In this document: piece by piece, positions 26,134 through 32,399 of the stretch | How positions within the stretch are numbered: the stretch's first letter is position 1 | Layout: the number at the start of each line of letters is the position of its first letter | The notes under the pieces: generated by a model | Database searches by the model: none | What the model was told of the DNA's origin: nothing | What the model saw: the letters and a program-made list of their open reading frames with translations, nothing else | Position numbers and translations under genes: made by a program | NCBI GenBank assembly: GCA_964610875.1 | Contig: CAZSWP010000029.1 | Span: 1-32,399, forward strand | Direction: 5' to 3' | Origin: an uncultured archaeon | GTDB lineage: Archaea; Asgardarchaeota; Thorarchaeia; Thorarchaeales; Thorarchaeaceae | DNA length: 32,399 bases

Positions 26134-27579
26134 CTATCTTGTAACTGACAACAATTCTCTCCGTAATGTTTTGACAAATTCCTTGGTACTCTGTTTCTCT
26201 CTCAAAACAAATCTATTATCATGAAAATCGCCTTCAATTTGACCGTCTCCCAATAATATTATGAGAGTTTGCCTCAAGATGGAACGATGAACTCCGGTAT
26301 CTCTTTCTATAGCATCTATATCGATTGTACGTTCCTTCCTGAGTAGAGCCGTTAGTACCTTCTCAACTTCCTGTACCTCATCATGCGATGGTTTTTCTGT
26401 CCGTGGAATACGTGTCTTTGATGTCCTCACAAACATATTTCCGTCAATATGTCCATCAATCTCATTCTTCTCAATCATAGCTTGAAGACTTCTTCTAAGA
26501 TTATACGCTGCGGGCCGAGGGAGTGTTCTTCTCAGAATTCTATCTAGATCCTTGAGTTTTATCCGAGAATGTTTTCTTGTCACGGAGTCTATACTCTCTT
26601 TTATGAACTCCTCAATCTTATATTCATCAAGCACCTCGAGAGTTGCCCCACAGGACTCACATCGAGCACTCTCAGGCGAGGCTGGTGCTCCACAATTTCC
26701 ACACACTATTGCCCTGCGATATACCATCGTCTTTGTGGACTCGATTTCCTTTAGTGCTAGTTTTTCTTCACGTGTCACTTTTGTCTTTTCTCGAACCTCG
26801 AAGAATGCAAGTCTTCTATCGTCAGTTGCTATTACCATGTAAGCCATATCTGAAACATCATCTGGCATTCCAGTTGCAATAGATTTTGGTTTCCCTGTAA
26901 GCTCGACTGATTCTATCTTATTACCTTCTATGTCCCAGAAGTTTATGATTTTGGAATGATTGCCAGTGACGAATAATTTTCTTCCTCCAAAGACCAAGAT
27001 TGCAAATATTGTGATGTTCTCACCAAGCTCTAGTCTTTTTAGTTCATAACCAGCAGCGGTCACTATTGTAACTATACCTCGTCGGTCTGCTATGATGACC
27101 TCAAGTTCAGTATCATCGGTAATGTCTTCAAGCCATACATCTGCAATCGGGTTGTCAATCGTACGACTAAACAGAGCGATCCTGTCATCGTTCCAGAGAA
27201 TCACTCTCTTATTCTGTAATGCAACGACTACTTCTGCTGAATCATCTCCATCAACATCTCGCGCATCACAAGCGATTACTGAGCTTTCTAGGTTAATCTT
27301 CCAGAGAACCTTTCCCTTTTGGTCTACGATGAGTACTCTCTTTCCAACTCCTCCAACAAGAGCATCTTCTCCTTCACCCTCAACATCAGCAACTGCAATG
27401 CATCTGACTTTACTGCTCCATGGTCTTGCTGAGGTGTGATTGCCTGATGCATCATACACCCTCAAACGGTCGCCGTAATCCAACGAAAATACCTGCGCGT
27501 TTGCTGCTAGTCTTTGCCGTAGATAGAGACTATAGACATTTGCAGAAACAGGTACATTTGCGACCTCTCTCAGCCTCAA
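26134..27579 (-). CDS. Beta-propeller (FG-GAP-like) + zinc ribbon + winged-helix/PCI-like protein
   Basis: Repeats ADVEGEGED, RDVDGDDSAE, EDITDDTELE; CGNCG...CESCG; EIDGHIDG and GQIEGDF; no signal peptide; TTG start. Confidence 0.8.
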   Translation of the reverse strand: MRLREVANVPVSANVYSLYLRQRLAANAQVFSLDYGDRLRVYDASGNHTSARPWSSKVRCIAVADVEGEGEDALVGGVGKRVLIVDQKGKVLWKINLESSVIACDARDVDGDDSAEVVVALQNKRVILWNDDRIALFSRTIDNPIADVWLEDITDDTELEVIIADRRGIVTIVTAAGYELKRLELGENITIFAILVFGGRKLFVTGNHSKIINFWDIEGNKIESVELTGKPKSIATGMPDDVSDMAYMVIATDDRRLAFFEVREKTKVTREEKLALKEIESTKTMVYRRAIVCGNCGAPASPESARCESCGATLEVLDEYKIEEFIKESIDSVTRKHSRIKLKDLDRILRRTLPRPAAYNLRRSLQAMIEKNEIDGHIDGNMFVRTSKTRIPRTEKPSHDEVQEVEKVLTALLRKERTIDIDAIERDTGVHRSILRQTLIILLGDGQIEGDFHDNRFVLREKQSTKEFVKTLRRELLSVTR

Positions 27580-27653
27580 TTTATCCTAAGCACCATGAAT
27601 TTCTTTATGATATAGCCATATAAGTCTTAGATAATCTATTCTATTCGATACAC

Positions 27654-28727
27654 TTGAGAGAAGGGTGCCGAACAGGCTTCATCTGGAACCCATCGATGGA
27701 AACGTTTGATTTTGGAACACATCATCCGGTTCGTATCGGACGGTTTCAAATGATTCGTGATTTCATTGAAGCATCGGGGTTTCTGCAAGAAGACCTGGTT
27801 AGGATCATCACTCCACGAGAATTGCCTCAGGATTTACTCTATAAGACGCATTCTATCGATTATATAGAGAGAGTCCAAAAGATTTCAAAGAATGGTGAAG
27901 GTAATATTGACATTGACACCCCTGGTTTCAAAGGTATCTATGAAAACGCTCTGATAACTTCAGGAGGGACTGTGACAGGCGTTAGGTCGATCATTGAAGG
28001 TGAGATAGATCACTTCTATTCTCCAACAGGTGGATTCCATCACGCTTTTAGAAATAAAGGGGGTGGGTTCTGTATCTTTAATGATTTAGCAGCAGCTACA
28101 ATTTTTCTAAAATCTCAAGGTTTTGAACGCATTCTTATTGCTGATTTTGATGTGCACCATGGGAATGGTACTCAAAATTACTTCTATGAGGATTCTCAGG
28201 TTATGATAATCTCATTTCATGAAGACCCAGAATGGCTCTATCCTCATGATGGAGTGATTGAAGACATTGGTGATGGACTTGGGAGAGGGCTAAATGTCAA
28301 CATGCCTTTTCCGATTGATGCTGGAGATGCGGTATACCGTTTTGCCTTCAATGAACTATTTCCTCCGTTAGTTGACTACTATTCTCCTGATTTTATTCTG
28401 TTTCTTCCAGGTTTTGATGCACATTACTTGGATCCCCTCGCTCAATTGAACTTGACAACAGATGTCATTGGATATGTCATTTCTATTGTTCATTCTGCAG
28501 CACACAAGTATGCTGAGGGCCGTTTAGCTGTAATGTCAGGTGGTGGTTATCATCCTGAATCTTTCAAATGGGGGTCTGGTTTGGTCATGTCGGAACTATC
28601 AGGAATTTCCTATGTGCCACCCCCTCAGAAGCCTCCCTTTGAGGACGATGAAGAAATATGGACTGAAGTCAGAATGAATGTGGCAAGAGTGAAAGAGATA
28701 GTATTCGATGAACTGGAAATCCAATGA
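27654..28727 (+). CDS. Histone deacetylase family protein (AcuC/acetylpolyamine deacetylase-like)
   Basis: GGFHHA, GFCIFND, DFDVHHGNGTQ, GFDAH..DPL, GGGY. Confidence 0.92.
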   Translation: MREGCRTGFIWNPSMETFDFGTHHPVRIGRFQMIRDFIEASGFLQEDLVRIITPRELPQDLLYKTHSIDYIERVQKISKNGEGNIDIDTPGFKGIYENALITSGGTVTGVRSIIEGEIDHFYSPTGGFHHAFRNKGGGFCIFNDLAAATIFLKSQGFERILIADFDVHHGNGTQNYFYEDSQVMIISFHEDPEWLYPHDGVIEDIGDGLGRGLNVNMPFPIDAGDAVYRFAFNELFPPLVDYYSPDFILFLPGFDAHYLDPLAQLNLTTDVIGYVISIVHSAAHKYAEGRLAVMSGGGYHPESFKWGSGLVMSELSGISYVPPPQKPPFEDDEEIWTEVRMNVARVKEIVFDELEIQ

Positions 28728-28796
28728 TTTTTTTTCGTGCATATAGTAAGGGATTAATTACGCCCTGCAATTCTTCGTCATGGAGGAATAGAAAAG

Positions 28797-30149
28797 ATGC
28801 AGTTAGTAATTGAACTCTGTACCCCCTCTGAATGTGAACTAGAATGCATTCAGGCGTGTCGGCAAATACACGGTGATGATGCACCTTTACAATTCCCCAA
28901 GAACGAACAGTACCCTCTCATCGACAAGAATCGATGCACTAACTGTATGAGATGTCTTCGTGAATGTCCCAAAGATGCAATTAGAAAAAATGAAACCAAA
29001 ATGAAAAGTGCAAAGCAATCACAAAGGTCTCTTCCTATTAGAAGAGAAAAACCATATGAAGTTTCTAAGGATTTTGAGCGTTTCCCAGAATCAAAAATAA
29101 TATTTGCTAGGGTTCATAATGATTCAGAATTTGATAATTATGGTAAGAATGAGTGGACCGGTGCTGAAGGTATGATGAAAAAGGGTATTGATGGATATGG
29201 CGTCTTTGAACACAAACTCGCAGTATCCGGTTGGGCATTATATAGCTCTCGAAACAAGATCCATTCACCACAAATTGCCGTGAGTGAAACAACAGAATCC
29301 CGTATGAAAATTTCTTCTGATCCTAATGCACTAACTGACATGCTAAAGCAGGCTGCGAGATTTTTCGGTGCATCGCTAGTTGGTATAGCTGAGATTGACC
29401 AGCGTTGGATATACAAGATCAATAGACAAAGAGAATCTTATGATATACCGGAATCAATCCAATATGCAGTCGTTATGGCAGTAGAAATGAACTATGATGG
29501 GATTGCTACTTCCCCCGCTTGGACAAGCTCAGCCACAACAGCTTTGGGGTACTCTCAAATGGCTTTCCTCGAAATTCAACTATCTGATTTTATCAAAAAT
29601 CTTGGTTACAATGCATTGCCTTGTGGTAATGATATTGCTCTTAGTGTGCCACTTGCAATTGATGCAGGTCTTGGGCAATATGGTCGACACGGACTTTTAA
29701 TTACGAAAGAATATGGTCCTCGCATCAGACTAGCAAAAGTATTGACAGATGTTCCTTTGATTCCCGATAAACCTGACTTTGCATTTTGTAAATCTGTTAT
29801 TAGATTCTGTGAAGTGTGTGAGAAGTGTGCCCAGACATGCCCCTCACAATCTATTCCATTTGGCAAAGAAAGAAGTTGGGATGGAGAAACTAAATCCAAT
29901 AACCCTGGCATCAAGAAATGGTATATCAATCCAGAAACATGTTATAACTTTTGGATTGAGAATGGATCAGAGTGTTCCAATTGTATTCGAAGTTGCCCGT
30001 ACAACAAACCGAACAACTTTCTTCACAAGATGGTACTGTGGATTGTTCAACACATGCCGTGGATGAATAGACTCATTTTGAAAATGGACGATGTAGTAGG
30101 GTATGGGAAACAAAAAAATCCGCTAAAATACTTACAAAAATTCAGATAA
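28797..30149 (+). CDS. rdhA: Reductive dehalogenase-like cobamide/Fe-S protein with N-terminal ferredoxin domain
   Basis: KQAARFFGASLVGIA..DQRWIY; AGLGQYGRHGLLITKEYGPRIRL; FCEVCEKCAQTCP; CYNFW...CSNCIRSCP; N-terminal CTPSECELECIQAC and CTNCMRCLRECP. Confidence 0.85.
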   Translation: MQLVIELCTPSECELECIQACRQIHGDDAPLQFPKNEQYPLIDKNRCTNCMRCLRECPKDAIRKNETKMKSAKQSQRSLPIRREKPYEVSKDFERFPESKIIFARVHNDSEFDNYGKNEWTGAEGMMKKGIDGYGVFEHKLAVSGWALYSSRNKIHSPQIAVSETTESRMKISSDPNALTDMLKQAARFFGASLVGIAEIDQRWIYKINRQRESYDIPESIQYAVVMAVEMNYDGIATSPAWTSSATTALGYSQMAFLEIQLSDFIKNLGYNALPCGNDIALSVPLAIDAGLGQYGRHGLLITKEYGPRIRLAKVLTDVPLIPDKPDFAFCKSVIRFCEVCEKCAQTCPSQSIPFGKERSWDGETKSNNPGIKKWYINPETCYNFWIENGSECSNCIRSCPYNKPNNFLHKMVLWIVQHMPWMNRLILKMDDVVGYGKQKNPLKYLQKFR

Positions 30150-30309
30150 AAATCGCCGTAATCATTTTAGGGGAGTTTGTTGTATGAGAACATTGACAGA
30201 GCTTATTGACTCGAGCTATCTGGTTAGGATGAAGGGAATTGGAGTATCATTATACTACAATCAGCCTGTGTTCAAAGAGTAGCTCCAATGAATAGGAGTA
30301 AGGCCTATC

Positions 30310-31767
30310 ATGAGTAAAGATGATCCTACTGTGAAATTTCCCAAGGAAAATAATAGTGGAGATTATCTACTAGGTTTGGTTCATCTGAATGAAGATTTCC
30401 TTCAGGAAATCATTGTAGGATCTCACGAGGGTATTGTGATTATTGGTGATGATTATAAATTTGAGTACATTAGCCCAAATGCACACGATATATTTGGTGG
30501 CACTTCTGATGATTTGTTAGGGAAGGATTTCCGACAATATCTAAGGAAAGAAACTGCAGACGACCTTGCTAAACGCTACAGGAGTAGAAGAAAGGGAAAG
30601 TATGAACCCGTTAGTTATCCTCTTGAGATTACCCGCAAAGATGGAGAAAAGAGGATAGTAAAAATCAGAGCATCTGTATTGACGAATGGACTTGGCAAGA
30701 CAAAGACTGTTCTTCATATTTTGGATATTACAAAACAAGAAGAAAACGCACGAGCTCTAAAAGATAGTGAAAGACGGTATCGAACACTTGTAGAAACAAT
30801 GAATGATGGGCTTGTAATAGACGATGAAAATGGTATCATAATCTATGCCAATGATGCATTCTGTAATCTCTTAGGTTATGAAATAAATGAATTAATCGGG
30901 AAACACTCTACCAATTTCATTAAGGACATTGATCCAGAATTCATGGATTCAAAGATTGCAAGAAGAAGAGAAGGGGAGTCTGAAAGATATGAGCTTGACT
31001 GGATACACAAAAGTGGCAGAATCATCCCAACCCTTCTCTCAGCTAATCCTTTCTTCAATGCAAAGGGCGAATTCACTGGAACATTTGCTGTAGTCACTGA
31101 AATTAGTGAACAGAAAGAAGCTGAAGAAGCTGTACAACTCTATCTTGATTTACTTACTCATGATATTGCCAATCAATTACAAGTTATTGTGACATCATCT
31201 AGTTTGCTTGATGAAACACTCCCTTCTAGTTATTTGGGAGATGCAAAGCAAGATATTATGGATGCAGTGGAGCGTTGCAACCGACTTATTACAAAGGTCA
31301 AACGTGCTGCTCAATTGAGGACTCTACCAATATCTGAAGTGGAAATCACAGAAATAGTAGAGGAAAAAGCCAAAGTAGTAGAACGTATTCACTCAGCAAA
31401 TGTGAAGATGAAGGGGTTTTCAAAAGAGGTCTATGTCTATGCAGATACCCTTTTCGGAGAGCTAGTCTGGAACTTACTTGAGAATGCTGCAAGACACAAC
31501 CCCAAACCTGACAAGAAGATTTGGATTACAATGAAGATGAATAAGAAATCAGTTGTTTTGACAGTAGCTGATAATGGTCCTGGGATAAGTGATGCTCGTA
31601 AGCAAGCCCTCTTTGAAACAGGAAAGCGAGCTGGTGGCGTAGGCTTGACACTAGTATCACAAATGACCCGAAAATACAATGGCACTATTAGAGTAGAGGA
31701 CAGAGTGCCTGGCAAGTCCTCTGAAGGTGCAAAGTTCATTCTAAAACTAAAAAGAGTGCAAACCTAG
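30310..31767 (+). CDS. Cytoplasmic PAS-PAS sensor histidine kinase
   Basis: Two PAS/PAC domains; H-box LTHDIANQL; N-box NLLENAARH; DNGPGI; GVGL; no TM segment. Confidence 0.92.
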   Translation: MSKDDPTVKFPKENNSGDYLLGLVHLNEDFLQEIIVGSHEGIVIIGDDYKFEYISPNAHDIFGGTSDDLLGKDFRQYLRKETADDLAKRYRSRRKGKYEPVSYPLEITRKDGEKRIVKIRASVLTNGLGKTKTVLHILDITKQEENARALKDSERRYRTLVETMNDGLVIDDENGIIIYANDAFCNLLGYEINELIGKHSTNFIKDIDPEFMDSKIARRREGESERYELDWIHKSGRIIPTLLSANPFFNAKGEFTGTFAVVTEISEQKEAEEAVQLYLDLLTHDIANQLQVIVTSSSLLDETLPSSYLGDAKQDIMDAVERCNRLITKVKRAAQLRTLPISEVEITEIVEEKAKVVERIHSANVKMKGFSKEVYVYADTLFGELVWNLLENAARHNPKPDKKIWITMKMNKKSVVLTVADNGPGISDARKQALFETGKRAGGVGLTLVSQMTRKYNGTIRVEDRVPGKSSEGAKFILKLKRVQT

Positions 31768-31786
31768 AATCCAATTGTTTCTAGGT
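31762..31786. terminator. Possible hairpin between convergent genes
   Basis: ACCTAGAA-N9-TTCTAGGT inverted repeat overlapping the kinase stop codon. Confidence 0.3.
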
Positions 31787-31823
31787 CTACTGCCGATGAG
31801 TCGAATTTCAAAGACAAATGTTT

Positions 31824-32120
31824 CTATGTGACCTTTCTCTCAAGACGTTCATAGAGGCCTAGATAGAAGTCACGCTTCTTTATCTTGTCTTTGTTAATCT
31901 CCCAAAAGCTAGTGTCTATACGGTACAGCCTACGTTTTATTTTGTCATAAGGTAGGAGTCCATTTTCATCCATTGTCTTTTCAATGATGAATGAAACTTT
32001 TTCAGGAAAATCATCGATGTATTGGCATTGCTTCAGTTGGATATGAAACAACGTACTCTTTAGTATCTCGTCTTTACTAAGACAGGCTTCTGCCATTTTT
32101 CGGTCCCCATCAAGATACAT
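31824..32120 (-). CDS. Hypothetical protein
   Basis: 98-aa ORF with protein-like composition; start may be ATG 32096. Confidence 0.6.
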   Translation of the reverse strand: MYLDGDRKMAEACLSKDEILKSTLFHIQLKQCQYIDDFPEKVSFIIEKTMDENGLLPYDKIKRRLYRIDTSFWEINKDKIKKRDFYLGLYERLERKVT

Positions 32121-32247
32121 GTGAATTCTGAATATTAAGTATTATAGTAAAGCTCTTCGAAAAAGCGTCAAATCGGGCTGAATTTACTCAATGAATATAT
32201 TTAGGGGGCTTTCGTATACAAGAACACTACGCTCAAGGTGAATAGCT

Positions 32248-32399
32248 ATGACTACTGAACTCACTGAGGATATGAAAAAACTCCTTATCATCATTCATGA
32301 GTATACAAAAGGTGAGGATAAAGATCGTCTTGAATGGGTAAAGGAATTGCCAATGATGGCAATCATTTACCATGGTATAATCAATGGTATGTTTGAGAG
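32248..32399 (+). CDS. Hypothetical protein, 5' part (runs off the window)
   Basis: AGGTGA SD, then ATG 32248: MTTELTEDMKKLLIIIHEYTKGEDKDRLEWVKELPMMAIIYHGIINGMFE..., open to the window end. Confidence 0.75.
   Translation, partial: MTTELTEDMKKLLIIIHEYTKGEDKDRLEWVKELPMMAIIYHGIINGMFE

Noticed and set aside
23238-27579. Calling the module a true integrin, alpha2-delta orthologue or proteasome lid
   Set aside because: The vWA and propeller appear cytoplasmic and the domain order differs; shared domain types alone do not show orthology.
628-31739. Numerous nested or antisense short ORFs in the track (e.g. 684-1136, 3309-3641, 20964-21365, 24618-24980, 27092-27439)
   Set aside because: All overlap well-supported genes and lack motifs.
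1-32399. CRISPR arrays, tRNA/rRNA, transposases, integrases, inteins in NrdD
   Set aside because: No repeat-spacer pattern, cloverleaf or mobile-element ORF was seen by eye, and NrdD is of normal length.

Overview
Gene-dense archaeal chromosomal window, most likely from an Asgard archaeon such as Thorarchaeia. This is inferred from the methanogen-type ThyA and NrdD, the permuted family-5 solute-binding protein, the cytoplasmic reductive dehalogenase and the PCI/TPR/vWA proteins. I saw no rRNA, tRNA, CRISPR array or IS element. Left part: partial hexapeptide acetyltransferase, Cys-tailed Lrp regulator, and thyA divergent from an unannotated CTG-start thioredoxin plus class III RNR (nrdD). Then follow small accessory genes, including an unannotated 54-aa protein with 10 Cys, an orphan DNA MTase and a PD-(D/E)XK-like protein. 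Middle: a tusA-dsrE-iscS-iscU operon in which IscS has Asp in place of the PLP lysine and IscU carries a degenerate thioredoxin-reductase domain. Right: a tightly packed minus-strand run encoding an FG-GAP-like propeller/Zn-ribbon/PCI-like protein, a dCache-HAMP-TPR-vWA receptor, an output-less dCache-HAMP co-receptor, bacterial-type speA and larE. It is divergent from an HDAC-family deacetylase, a ferredoxin-fused RdhA and a PAS histidine kinase. The two best candidates for undescribed systems are the kinase-free dCache/vWA/propeller signalling module, possibly amine-sensing, and the sulfur-relay Fe-S assembly operon. All assignments are by-eye motif recognition; no searches were run.
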